DNA of 64,000 bases from Candidatus Eiseniibacteriota bacterium. Lineage in GTDB: Bacteria > Eisenbacteria > RBG-16-71-46. The DNA is taken from the NCBI GenBank assembly GCA_963725865.1, contig CAVSAC010000014.1, forward strand, positions 512,001 to 576,000. Direction: 5' to 3'. A program made the position numbers and the translations under genes. Shown piece by piece: positions 16,778-26,219 of this stretch. The notes beneath the pieces are model-generated. The model was not told the origin of the DNA. It saw nothing but the letters and a program-made list of their open reading frames with translations, and did not search any database. Position 1 is the stretch's first letter. Each line of letters starts with the position of its first letter.

Positions 16778-18361
16778 GTGGAACAGCGTGAACGCGTGCG
16801 TGGCGCCCTCAATCGCGCCGCGATCCGAACCCGCCAGCGCAGCGGGGCGCCACCGCGCCGCGGACGGGAGCACCTGCAGGAGTGGGGCCGGGCGCACCTG
16901 CGCGACCGGCGGTTCGTGGTGATCTCCAACCGCGAGCCCTATTCCCACCACGCCGAGGGCGGACTGCACTGGGTGCGCAACGCCGGCGGCCTGACGGTGG
17001 CGCTCGACGCGGTGGCGCGCGCGCTCGGCGGGACCTGGGTGGCTCACGGTTCCGGCAGCGCCGATCGCGAGACCGCGGACGAGCGCGGCCACGTGCCGTG
17101 CCCGCCGGGGCATCCGGCGTACACGCTGCGCCGCGTCTGGCTCGACGCCGAGGACCACGAGCGCTTCTACGCCGGGTTCTCGAACTCCGCGCTGTGGCCG
17201 CTCTGCCACATCGTGTTCGTCCGGCCGACGTTCCGGCTCGCGGACTGGGAGCGTTACCGCGACGTGAACCGGCGCTTCGCCGAGGCGGCCCTCGAGGAGA
17301 TCGGCGACGCGCCAGCGGTGGTCTTCATCCAGGATTACCACCTGGCGCTGGCGGCGAAGTACCTCAAGGCCGCGCGGCCCGACCTCCAGGTCGCGCTGTT
17401 CTGGCACATCCCGTGGCCCAACGCCGAGGTGTTCCGCCGGCTGCCCTGGGGCGAGGAGTTGCTCGACGGCCTGCTCGCGAACGACCTGCTCGGCTTCCAC
17501 ACCCACCAGCACGCGCTGAACTTCCTCGACTCGGTGGCGGACACGCTCGAGGCGCGCGTGGATTCCGGCCGGCTGGCGGTCGACCGCGCGGGACGCCGCA
17601 CCTGGGTGCGGCACTTCCCGATCGGCGTCGACGCCGAGGAGATCGCGATGCTCGCCGAGTCGACCGAGGCGCGCGCCCAGGAGCAGGCGCTGCGCGAGCG
17701 GCTCGGACTGAACGGAGTGCGCCTGGGCCTCGGGGTGGACCGGCTCGACTACACCAAGGGCATCCCCGAGCGACTCGAGGCCGTCGAGCGGCTGTTCGAG
17801 TCGCATCCCGAGTGGGTGGGGCGCCTGGCGTTCGTGCAGATCGGCGTGCCGTCGCGGATCGAGCTGGCGGAGTATCGCGCGGTGCGGGACCGGACGCGTG
17901 CCCTGGTGGAGCGCATCGAAGCCCGCTTCCCCCGCCGCGACGGCCCCACCATCCACCTGATCGAGGAGAACCTCGACTTCCGCGAGCTGGTGCCGTGGTA
18001 CCGCGCGGCCGACCTGTGCGCGGTCACCGCGCTTCACGACGGGATGAACCTGGTCGCCAAGGAGTACCTGGCGGCCTCCCCGGATCACGCGGGTGCCCTG
18101 GTGCTGTCCCCGTTCACCGGCGCCGCGCGCGAGTTGGAACGCGCGTGGATCGCCAGCCCTTACGACCGCGAGGGACTCGCGGAGACGATGCACGCCGCGC
18201 TGTCGGAGCCCGACGAGGAGCGCCGGGTGCGCATGCAGGCGCTGCGCGAGACGGTGCTGCGCTGGAACATCTACGACTGGGCCATCGGCGTCCTCGATGG
18301 CCTCATGGACCTCAACCTGCGCACGCCGGCCGGCGCGCCGGCATCCGTTCCATCGCCCTGA
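16778..18361 (+). CDS. otsA: Trehalose-6-phosphate synthase (GT20)
   Basis: VISNREP, AGGL, YAGFSNSALWPLCH, QDYHL, FWHIPWP, GVDRLDYTKGI, DGMNLVAKEY. GTG start after GAGGAGG. Confidence 0.95.
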   Translation: MEQRERVRGALNRAAIRTRQRSGAPPRRGREHLQEWGRAHLRDRRFVVISNREPYSHHAEGGLHWVRNAGGLTVALDAVARALGGTWVAHGSGSADRETADERGHVPCPPGHPAYTLRRVWLDAEDHERFYAGFSNSALWPLCHIVFVRPTFRLADWERYRDVNRRFAEAALEEIGDAPAVVFIQDYHLALAAKYLKAARPDLQVALFWHIPWPNAEVFRRLPWGEELLDGLLANDLLGFHTHQHALNFLDSVADTLEARVDSGRLAVDRAGRRTWVRHFPIGVDAEEIAMLAESTEARAQEQALRERLGLNGVRLGLGVDRLDYTKGIPERLEAVERLFESHPEWVGRLAFVQIGVPSRIELAEYRAVRDRTRALVERIEARFPRRDGPTIHLIEENLDFRELVPWYRAADLCAVTALHDGMNLVAKEYLAASPDHAGALVLSPFTGAARELERAWIASPYDREGLAETMHAALSEPDEERRVRMQALRETVLRWNIYDWAIGVLDGLMDLNLRTPAGAPASVPSP

Positions 18362-18398
18362 TCCCGCCGGCGAGCGGGCCACGCCCCGGAGGTGACCG

Positions 18399-19097
18399 AT
18401 GCCGTTCGCACTGCTGATGCAGTCCGTCGTCTGGCAGGAGACACTCGATCGTCTGAGGTCGCAGGCCATCGACGCCGAGCGCGGCGCGCTCGCGCTGGCG
18501 CTGGCCGCGGCGGTCGCGCTGGTGGGCTGGGGGCTCGCGGCGCTGGTGTCGCGGCTGCTGCTCGCGCTGCTGCGCGCCGGGCGCTTCAATGCCGCCATGC
18601 GCCGGCTCGTCGGCCACGAGCCGATGCGCGAGCCGGCGGTGCTCACGGCGCGCGCGGTGTTCGCCGTGCTGGTGGTGGCCGGCGTGGTGCTGGGGCTCGA
18701 CACGCTCGGCTTCGGACTCGGCGCCTCGCTCGCCGACCGCCTGCGCGACGTGCTGCCCCGCGTGCTCACCGCCGCGCTGCTGCTGGCGGCCGGCGTGATC
18801 GGCGCGATGGCGCTCGGCTCCGCGACCCGGCGCTTCTTCGACAGCGCCGGCCTGCGCGGCGGGCGGCTGCGCGGACAGATCGTGACGGCGGTCTTCACGC
18901 TCTTCGCCGCGCTGCTGGCGCTCGAGCAGCTGGGATTCGCGGCGCAGTTCGTGGCGGCGGTCGGGGTGGTGGCGGTGAGCGCGCTCGGTCTCGCGGCGGG
19001 GCTGGCGTTCGGGCTCGGCTGTCGCGACCTGGCGCGCGATTTCGTGGTGGAGTACCTGCGCTCGCTCGACGAGGAGCGGCCTGCGCGGCCGCTGTGA
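18399..19097 (+). CDS. CmpX-like multi-TM protein (conserved TM helices related to the MscS N-terminus)
   Basis: About 5 TM helices; LPRVLTAALLL, ALEQLG, GLAFGLGCRDLAR motifs. Confidence 0.75.
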   Translation: MPFALLMQSVVWQETLDRLRSQAIDAERGALALALAAAVALVGWGLAALVSRLLLALLRAGRFNAAMRRLVGHEPMREPAVLTARAVFAVLVVAGVVLGLDTLGFGLGASLADRLRDVLPRVLTAALLLAAGVIGAMALGSATRRFFDSAGLRGGRLRGQIVTAVFTLFAALLALEQLGFAAQFVAAVGVVAVSALGLAAGLAFGLGCRDLARDFVVEYLRSLDEERPARPL

Positions 19098-19104
19098 GGC
19101 GCCG

Positions 19105-19845
19105 ATGAGCACGCTCGCGCTCACGAGCGTCGTGCACCTCGTGCGGCCCACCGGCGTGGTCGCGAACGACCTCGAGGAACTGCGCGCCGGGATCGCGACG
19201 GCGCCCAACGAGGCGCTGTTCCTGCACGTGCCGCTGGTGCGGCTGCGCGCCGGCGGCGACGACGCGCCGCAGGACGACTTCAGCGACTGGGTGTTCGGCG
19301 TGGTGCAGGACCGCGAGACCGCCGAGCGCCTGGCGTTCGCCGCCCAGACCGCGGCCGGTTCCGCCGCGGACCTGCGCGCGGCCCTGCTCGCGGTGCTCGA
19401 CGCGCACGCGCCGGCGACGCGCGCGGCCCGGCGCGCGCCCGCGGGCGGCGGCTTCCACTTCCTCGCCGCGGAATCCGTGCGGCTCGACACCGGGCTCTTC
19501 GCCGAGGATCCCGAGGTCCTGTTGCGCCTGCTGACGGTCGCCGACACCAGCGCGTGGTTCTACCACCTCGTCGAGCAGCCCTGGCGCGCGGACGGGACGG
19601 AGACGCTGTGCGGCTGGCTGCGCGCGCGGGGGGCCGCGACCGTCGCCGCGCGCATCGAGGAGGTGGTGGGCTCGGGTCTCCCGCTCGAGGCCGTGCGCTC
19701 GCGCCTGATCCGACGGTGGCGCCGCGGCCGACTCGTGCAGCGCCTGTCCGAGGCGTCGCAGCGGCCCGAGACGGTGCAGCGGGTGCTGGCGCGGGCGGCG
19801 GCGGCGGGCCTCGCGCGCCGGCTGGCGCGCGGCGACGCCGGCTGA
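19105..19845 (+). CDS. DUF5752-like protein
   Basis: Two internal repeats (A..LEEL...I......LFLH...DDFSDW / A.D...L...L....TSAWFYH...GW); adjacent to treT. Confidence 0.65.
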   Translation: MSTLALTSVVHLVRPTGVVANDLEELRAGIATAPNEALFLHVPLVRLRAGGDDAPQDDFSDWVFGVVQDRETAERLAFAAQTAAGSAADLRAALLAVLDAHAPATRAARRAPAGGGFHFLAAESVRLDTGLFAEDPEVLLRLLTVADTSAWFYHLVEQPWRADGTETLCGWLRARGAATVAARIEEVVGSGLPLEAVRSRLIRRWRRGRLVQRLSEASQRPETVQRVLARAAAAGLARRLARGDAG

Positions 19846-19858
19846 GCGGCGGCCGCGC

Positions 19859-21091
19859 ATGGACACCGTGCTGCCATCCACCACCGGCTCGCTGCTCGAA
19901 CGCTATCGCGCGATCGCGGGCGACGGCCCGGTGCGGGCGCTCGAGGCGCTCGCGCGGCGCCTGCGAGGCCACCGCGTGGTCATGGTGAACTCCACCGCGA
20001 CCGGCGGGGGCGTCGCCGAGATCCTGCACCGGCTCGTCGCGTTGCTGCAGGAGCTGGGGGTGCCCACCCGCTGGGAGGTGATGCCGGGCGACGAGCGCTT
20101 CTACGGCATCACGAAGACGCTGCACAACACCCTGCACGGGCTGCCCGGCACGCTCAGCGCTGGCGACCGCGAGCACTTCGTCGAGGTGAGCCGGCGCGCC
20201 GCGCAGGCGCTCGACCTCGAGGGCGACCTGGTGATGATCCACGACCCGCAGCCGGTGGCGCTCGCCGGGCTGCGGCGGGTGCCGGGCCAGCACTGGGTGT
20301 GGCGCTGCCACATCGACCTCTCGCACGCCGATGCGGATGCGTGGTCGTTCCTCGCCCCCGAGGTGTCGCGCTACGACGCGACGGTGTTCTCGCACCAGGC
20401 GTTCGTGCCGCCGCTCGCGGTGCCCGCCTATCTCGTGCCGCCCTCGATCGACCCGTTCTCCGACAAGAACCGCGAGCTGACCGACGACGAGCAGCAGGAG
20501 CTGCTGGCGCCTCTCGGGCTGCCAGAGGCGCGTCCGTGGGTGACCCAGGTCTCGCGCTTCGACCGCCTCAAGGACCCGCTCGGGGTGATCGAGGCGTTCG
20601 CGCTGGCGACCCGCCACGAGCGCGCGCACCTGGTGCTCGCGGGCGGGAGCGCCGACGACGATCCCGAGGGCGCCGCGGTGCTGGCCGAGGTGCAGGCCCG
20701 CGCCGCGCAGGTCCGCGACGTCTCGGTGCTGCTGCTGCCGCCCGACGCGCATCGCACCATCAACGCGCTGCAGCGGCGCTCGACCGTGGTGGTGCAGAAG
20801 TCGCTGCGCGAGGGCTTCGCGCTCACCGTCGCGGAGGCGCTGTGGAAGCGGCGTGCGGTGGTCGCGTCGGCGGTCGGCGGGATCCCGCTGCAGGTCCGCC
20901 ACGAGGAGACCGGGCTGCTGGTGCGCTCGATCGAGGGGACGGCCCTGGGGATCACCCGCATGCTGCGCGCGCCCGACCTCCGGCGGCGGCTCGGGAGCGC
21001 CGGCCACGAGCACGTGCGGCGCCACTTCCTGAACGTCCGCGAGGCCAGCGACTACCTGGCGGTGTTCGTGCGCCGACTCGACGGCGGCTGA
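19859..21091 (+). CDS. treT: Trehalose glycosyltransferring synthase (GT4)
   Basis: NSTATGGGVAEIL, TKTLHN, IHDPQP, WRCHID, PSIDPFSDKN, QVSRFDRLKDPLGV, QKSLREGFALTVAEALWK. Confidence 0.9.
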   Translation: MDTVLPSTTGSLLERYRAIAGDGPVRALEALARRLRGHRVVMVNSTATGGGVAEILHRLVALLQELGVPTRWEVMPGDERFYGITKTLHNTLHGLPGTLSAGDREHFVEVSRRAAQALDLEGDLVMIHDPQPVALAGLRRVPGQHWVWRCHIDLSHADADAWSFLAPEVSRYDATVFSHQAFVPPLAVPAYLVPPSIDPFSDKNRELTDDEQQELLAPLGLPEARPWVTQVSRFDRLKDPLGVIEAFALATRHERAHLVLAGGSADDDPEGAAVLAEVQARAAQVRDVSVLLLPPDAHRTINALQRRSTVVVQKSLREGFALTVAEALWKRRAVVASAVGGIPLQVRHEETGLLVRSIEGTALGITRMLRAPDLRRRLGSAGHEHVRRHFLNVREASDYLAVFVRRLDGG

Positions 21092-21106
21092 GCGCCGCGG
21101 CCGGCG

Positions 21107-22585
21107 TCAGGCCGCGGTGCGCTCCAGCGCGAGCGTCTCGTGGACCGCGGCCTCGAGCGCCTCGCGCGTGGTGGAATCCAGCGCCTCCTCCAGCGAGCCC
21201 AGCGCGCGGCGGGCCGCGTCCGCGAGCGGCTCGCCGCCGGCGCGCGCGATCACCAGGCGACGCGCGAACGCCCCGCACAGCGCCGCGCGAGCGGTCGTCG
21301 GATCGACCGACTGGTGCGGCGCGAGCGGCATGCGCGCGGCCGCGGCCAGCGCGCACAGCTCGCTGATCCACCCGGTGGAATCGCCGCCGGCCAGCTGGAC
21401 GAGCGCCTCGCGGGTGCGCGCCTCGTCCGCGGTCGCTCCGAGCAGCGCGACGTGGCGCAGCAGCCCGCGCATGCGGGGCGGGAGCAGCGTGGCGCGCCCC
21501 GCGCGCTCGACCAGCGCCGCGGCCTCCGCGCGCAGCGCGGTCTCGGCCGTGACCGCGGTGACGGAGGCGAGCACCACGATCGCGCGCTCGAGCGGCAGAC
21601 GGTAGCGGCGCGCGTTGCGCAGCGCGCCCGCCACCAGCTCGCAGAGACCCGCCACCAGCTCGAGGTCGCGCGGCTCGGGCTCGAGGCCGTCGCCGCGCTC
21701 GTCCGCCAGCAGCACCCCCTCGAGCCCGTCGGGACCGCTCAGCGGCGCCGCCAGCGTGAAGCCGCCCGCGACCAGCGTCGGCAGCTCGTCCGCCAGCTCG
21801 CTCAGCCGCTCCATCTCGCGCCTCAGCACCGGTCGTCCGAGCGCCGCCAGCGTGCTCACGAGCGGACCGTCGGTGGCGAGCGCGCACCCCGCGAGGCGAT
21901 CGAGCGCGTCCCCGCGCACCGCCACCGGCTCGAGCGTCCGGCCATCGGGCGCCGGCGCCAGCAGCGCCACGGTCGCCACGCCGAGGCGGGTCTGCGCCGC
22001 GGCCAGGAAGCGCCGCGCCAGCGTGTCGAAGTCGAGCGTGCAGTGGAGGTCGCGTCCGACCCCGAACGCCAGCTCGCGCAGGCGCTGCTCGCGCCGCGTC
22101 TCGACCTGCGAGCGCCGCACCTCGTCGCGCGCGCGCGCCAGCTCGCGCTCCAGCTCGACGCCGCGCTGCCGCAGCGCGCGCGCGTCGGCGACCCGCGCGA
22201 GCAGCCGGCGCGAGCGGGCGATCAGCTCCTTCGGCGAGAACGGCTTCGCCAGGAAGTCGTCGGCGCCGGAGGCGAGCCCGTGCACGCGCGCCTCGGTCTC
22301 GCCGGCCGCCGAGACCATGATGACCGGGGCGGCCCGCTCGCCACGCTCGCGCCGCAGCGCCTCGCACACCTCGAACCCGCTGCGCTTGGGCAGCCGCACG
22401 TCGAGCACGATCAGGTCCGGCTGCTCGCCGATCGCTTTGCGGTAGGCGTCGTCGCCGTCGATCGCGGTCAGCACCTCGAACCCCTGCGTCGAGAAAGCGA
22501 CCTGGAGCAGCTCGAGCACGCGGCGGTCGTCGTCGACCACCAGCACGCGCGGCACCGGCGCCGCAGGACGGAGCGCGCCGCTCAC
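21107..22585 (-). CDS. Response regulator: REC + coiled coil + GAF + degenerate HD-GYP-like C-terminus
   Basis: Intact REC (VVDDD, LDVRLP, MVSA, AKPF); GAF (LAAPL...EGVLLADER...DLELV...GALRNARRY); no HD or GYP motif in the C-terminus. Confidence 0.75.
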   Translation of the reverse strand: MSGALRPAAPVPRVLVVDDDRRVLELLQVAFSTQGFEVLTAIDGDDAYRKAIGEQPDLIVLDVRLPKRSGFEVCEALRRERGERAAPVIMVSAAGETEARVHGLASGADDFLAKPFSPKELIARSRRLLARVADARALRQRGVELERELARARDEVRRSQVETRREQRLRELAFGVGRDLHCTLDFDTLARRFLAAAQTRLGVATVALLAPAPDGRTLEPVAVRGDALDRLAGCALATDGPLVSTLAALGRPVLRREMERLSELADELPTLVAGGFTLAAPLSGPDGLEGVLLADERGDGLEPEPRDLELVAGLCELVAGALRNARRYRLPLERAIVVLASVTAVTAETALRAEAAALVERAGRATLLPPRMRGLLRHVALLGATADEARTREALVQLAGGDSTGWISELCALAAAARMPLAPHQSVDPTTARAALCGAFARRLVIARAGGEPLADAARRALGSLEEALDSTTREALEAAVHETLALERTAA

Positions 22586-24705
22586 CAGCGGGCCTCCAGT
22601 CCGAGCCGCGTCACCAGTCCGTCGACCTCGATCTCGGCGAACGGCTTGCGGAGCGTGTACACGATGCCCGCCTCGCGCGCGAGCGCGAGGTCGTCGGTGT
22701 CACGCACCAGCGCGACCAGCGCCGCCGGCGAACCGCGGCGCGCGAGCTGGTCGCGCACGCCGTTCACGAGCGCCCGGCCGCGCGCGTCCGGAAGCTCCAC
22801 GTCGAGGCACACGACGCCCCAGGGCCCGCGCGCGAGCGCGTCGGCCAGCGCGGCCGCGCGGTCCACCGTGTCGACCACGAAGCCGTGCTTCTGGAGCAGG
22901 CGCACCAGGAACAGCCGCGCCATCATCGAGTCCTCGGCGATGAGCGCACGGCGGGGACGCGCCGACTCGGACTCCGTGGCCGGTGCGACGGGGGTCGCGG
23001 GCCGCGATTCCGCGCGGACGGGCGGCGGCGGTGCGACGGCGGCCGGCGCGGCGATCGGCGATTCCTCACGCGGCGGCGGCGCGACAGTGGGTGCCTCCGC
23101 CGGCGGCGCTTCGCGCGGCGGCGCGGGCGCGACCGACGGCGGCCCGGACGACGTTTCGGGCAGCGACTCCACGTCGCGGCGCGCGAGCAGTCGCAGCGAC
23201 GGCCGCGCACCGGGGACGCGGATCGTGCGCGGCGGCGCCACGACGTCCGGCGGCGCGGGTGCGATCAGCTCGACCCTGGGCGGCGCGACCGTCGCGCTCT
23301 CGTGCGGCACGCGTGGGTGCCAGTGACGTGCGGGACCGCTGCCGAACTCGAATGCCGGGGCCGGCGTCGGCTCGGCGTCCGGCGCGATCTCGGCCGGCAT
23401 GGCCGGGGCGGCAGCCGCGGGCGGCGCCTCCACCGTCGGCTCCGCCGCTCCGCCCGCGGGCGCAGAGTCGTCCGCGCGCGCGGGTCCGGGAACGGTCGCC
23501 TCGTCCGCGGCCTCGATGTCGGAGGCCGCCAACTCGCGGATCGGCGCGGCCTGGCCGCGCAGTTCCTCGAGCGCCTGGTGCGCCACCCGCGCCAGCCGCT
23601 CGGACTCCGCCTCGTCGACGCTCGCGGGCGGCTGCCCGCCGTCCGGGACCGGCAGGGGCGCCACGCCGGCGAGCAGGCGCGCGACGTCCACGCGCCACCA
23701 CGATTCGCCCTCGTCGGTGCGGACCATGCCGGTCAGCGCCACCGCGGGCGACTCGCTGATCGGCGGGCAGGGGTCCGCCGGGAATCGCCACACCAGCCGG
23801 TCGGCCACCAGCCAGGCGCGGCGCAGTCCGTGCGCGAGCATCACCACCGGGCGCTCCGCGTCGGTCCCGGTCAGCGGCGCCAGCGGCGCGATCGTGGGCG
23901 CGGCCGGCTGCGCCAGCTCGATCTCCTCCGCTGGCATCAGGTGCACGTGGAGCACCGCGTGCCACGGCAGCGCCAGCGACAGCCCGCCCTGCATCACCAT
24001 CAGGAAGGTCTCGCGCCCCACGTGGGCCGGTACGCGCACCCGCCAGGTGCCGGGCGGCGCGCCGACTCCGGCCGGTCCGAGGTTGCCGTCGACGGTCGCG
24101 AGCACTTCGCTCGCCGCGTGCAGCCCCAGCGGATCGATGTCCGACACCCACACCTCGAACATCGAATCCTCGGCGCTCACGCGCGACGGACGGCGCGGGC
24201 CCTCGCTCCCCGCCAGCCAGTCCAATGCCGCGCGCAGCGCGGCGGCGACCGGCGCGCTGAACCGAACCCGCTGCAGCGCGCGCGCCTCTTCGCCGGCGAG
24301 CGCCGGAAGTTCCTCGAGCACGTCCGCCAGCGGCAGCGTCGGCACCGCCGGCTCCTGGTCGCCGACACCGGGCGACCATTCCACCGCCTCCAGCTCGGCC
24401 GCGAGCGCGGCCAGCTCCGGATCGGCGCGCTCGAACGGCGCGATCGAGCCGGCCTCCTCGGCGGCGGCGGACAGTCGCGCCAGTCGCTGCAGCACGCTCG
24501 TCAGGGTGGCCGGCCACGGCCCGCCGACGTGCGGCTCGCACGCGGCCAGCACGCGGTCGAGCCCCTCGAGCGCCAGCATCTGCGCCACTTCGCGCGCGAC
24601 CGCGACGGCGTCTCGCGACGCCTGCGGTGCGACCACCGGCGCCAGCGAGCCGATCAGCACGCGCGCGATCTCGCGCGCTTCCTCCGCGGGACCGGGCTGG
24701 CTCAC
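22582..24705 (-). CDS. Degenerate CheA/ChpA-like hybrid (His-less Hpt, eroded HATPase, CheW-like domain, Pro-rich linker, REC)
   Basis: C-terminal REC (IAEDS, CLDVELP, RKPF); CheW-like segment (LALPWHAV...AWLVADRLV...VDVARLL); CheA domain order; 4-nt overlaps with both neighbours. Confidence 0.65.
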   Translation of the reverse strand: MSQPGPAEEAREIARVLIGSLAPVVAPQASRDAVAVAREVAQMLALEGLDRVLAACEPHVGGPWPATLTSVLQRLARLSAAAEEAGSIAPFERADPELAALAAELEAVEWSPGVGDQEPAVPTLPLADVLEELPALAGEEARALQRVRFSAPVAAALRAALDWLAGSEGPRRPSRVSAEDSMFEVWVSDIDPLGLHAASEVLATVDGNLGPAGVGAPPGTWRVRVPAHVGRETFLMVMQGGLSLALPWHAVLHVHLMPAEEIELAQPAAPTIAPLAPLTGTDAERPVVMLAHGLRRAWLVADRLVWRFPADPCPPISESPAVALTGMVRTDEGESWWRVDVARLLAGVAPLPVPDGGQPPASVDEAESERLARVAHQALEELRGQAAPIRELAASDIEAADEATVPGPARADDSAPAGGAAEPTVEAPPAAAAPAMPAEIAPDAEPTPAPAFEFGSGPARHWHPRVPHESATVAPPRVELIAPAPPDVVAPPRTIRVPGARPSLRLLARRDVESLPETSSGPPSVAPAPPREAPPAEAPTVAPPPREESPIAAPAAVAPPPPVRAESRPATPVAPATESESARPRRALIAEDSMMARLFLVRLLQKHGFVVDTVDRAAALADALARGPWGVVCLDVELPDARGRALVNGVRDQLARRGSPAALVALVRDTDDLALAREAGIVYTLRKPFAEIEVDGLVTRLGLEARW

Positions 24706-26219
24706 GGCGCCTCCTCGCCGCGCGCGCGCGGCGGCTCGGCGGGCTTGCCGCCCTCGCGTCCCAGCAGGCGCAACGAGCCGGAGCTGGCCGGGTGCGCGCG
24801 TGACTCGCCCTCGCGCGCAGGCGCGGTCGGCACTGGCGACCCGGGCGCGACGGTCGGCGCCGGCGCCGCGGCGCCGGTGACCGGCTCGAGCCGCACGATC
24901 AGACCGTCCAACTCGCGCGCCTCGTCGTCGAGCCGGCGCGTCAGCCGCTGCGCGGCGCGCGAGGCGCGCTCGCCGGCCGATGAGAGGCGCTCACCCTTGC
25001 GGGTCGCGTCGTTGATCATCTCGCGCACGCGCTCGAGCAGGCGCGCGGCGTCCTCGGGCAGCGCGGCCGGCGCCGACTCGGCGATCGCTCCGGTGGCCGG
25101 CAGCGCCTCGAGCCGCGCGGCGATCTCGGCGCGCACACGCGCCATCCGCTCGGTGGCGGCCGCGACCTCGCTCTCGACCTCGGTCGCCAGCCCGGTGGTG
25201 CGCTCGGTCGCCTCGCGCACGTCGCGCGCGAGCCGCTTGAGCTGCTCCGCCTGCGGCTCGCGTCCCGCTCCGGCCGCGACCACGTTGAGCGCGATCAGCG
25301 TCGCGCGGTTCGCGAGCCGCTGCACGTGGTCGGTGATCTCCTGCACGCGCTGCATGCCCGTGCCGAGGTGCTCGACGCTTTCGACCGACGCGGTCACCAG
25401 GTCACCGATCGCTGCGGCCGCGGTGGCGCGGATCGACCCCACTGCCTCGACCTGCGCGGCGGTCGCCGGCGGCAGCGTGAGGCGACCGAGGTTCGCGGTC
25501 AGGTCCCCGCCGAGCCGGTGCAGCTCGCGCACCGTGGTGAGCAGGGCAGTCGCTTCGACGAACCCGCGCTCGGCCTGCTCGGCGGACTCGCGCGCGTCGG
25601 CGACCGCCTCGTGGATCTCGTCGCGCACCTGGCGGGCGGCGACCGCATTCTCGTCGCGGATGCCCTGGTCGCGGCCCATCGAACGGTTGAGCAGGCTGAT
25701 CACGGGCGCGAGCGCCGCGCTGTCGACGGTGAGCGGCTCCCAGCGCTCGGTGCGATTCCAGCGGTCGAGCGCCACCCGCACGTGCGCGAGCTGTCCGTGC
25801 AGCGCCTCGAGCTCCCCGATGGATCGCTGCGCCGCGCGCTGCCGCACCAGCAGGACCTGCGTCTGATGGGTGAGCTCGGACAGCTCGCCCCAGCCGGTCG
25901 CCGAGGGCAACCCGCGCAGGTCGGTCACGCGCCCGGCCTGCAGGCCACGCAGCAGGCCGCCGAGGTGCCCGACCACGTGGCGATCGATCCACAGTGCGGC
26001 GACGATCGCGATTACCACGCCCAGACCGCCGATCGCCGGCAACCACAGCCACACCAGCGCGGGGTCGAGCAGGCCCGAGGCCCGAGTGGTCACCACCCAG
26101 GCGAGCAGTCCGCCTGCGAGCAGCGGGGGTACCAGGCACGCGAGCCACAGACGCACGCGGAGTCCCGCACCCGGATCGGGTGCGGAGACGGGGGGCTCGG
26201 GAGGCGTGCGATCAGCCAT
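24702..26219 (-). CDS. Methyl-accepting chemotaxis-like membrane protein (PilJ-like) with a divergent signalling tip
   Basis: 2 TM helices, HAMP-like GELSEL, long coiled coil, LANRATLIALN...RDVREATERT resembling the MCP hairpin. Confidence 0.7.
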   Translation of the reverse strand: MADRTPPEPPVSAPDPGAGLRVRLWLACLVPPLLAGGLLAWVVTTRASGLLDPALVWLWLPAIGGLGVVIAIVAALWIDRHVVGHLGGLLRGLQAGRVTDLRGLPSATGWGELSELTHQTQVLLVRQRAAQRSIGELEALHGQLAHVRVALDRWNRTERWEPLTVDSAALAPVISLLNRSMGRDQGIRDENAVAARQVRDEIHEAVADARESAEQAERGFVEATALLTTVRELHRLGGDLTANLGRLTLPPATAAQVEAVGSIRATAAAAIGDLVTASVESVEHLGTGMQRVQEITDHVQRLANRATLIALNVVAAGAGREPQAEQLKRLARDVREATERTTGLATEVESEVAAATERMARVRAEIAARLEALPATGAIAESAPAALPEDAARLLERVREMINDATRKGERLSSAGERASRAAQRLTRRLDDEARELDGLIVRLEPVTGAAAPAPTVAPGSPVPTAPAREGESRAHPASSGSLRLLGREGGKPAEPPRARGEEAP

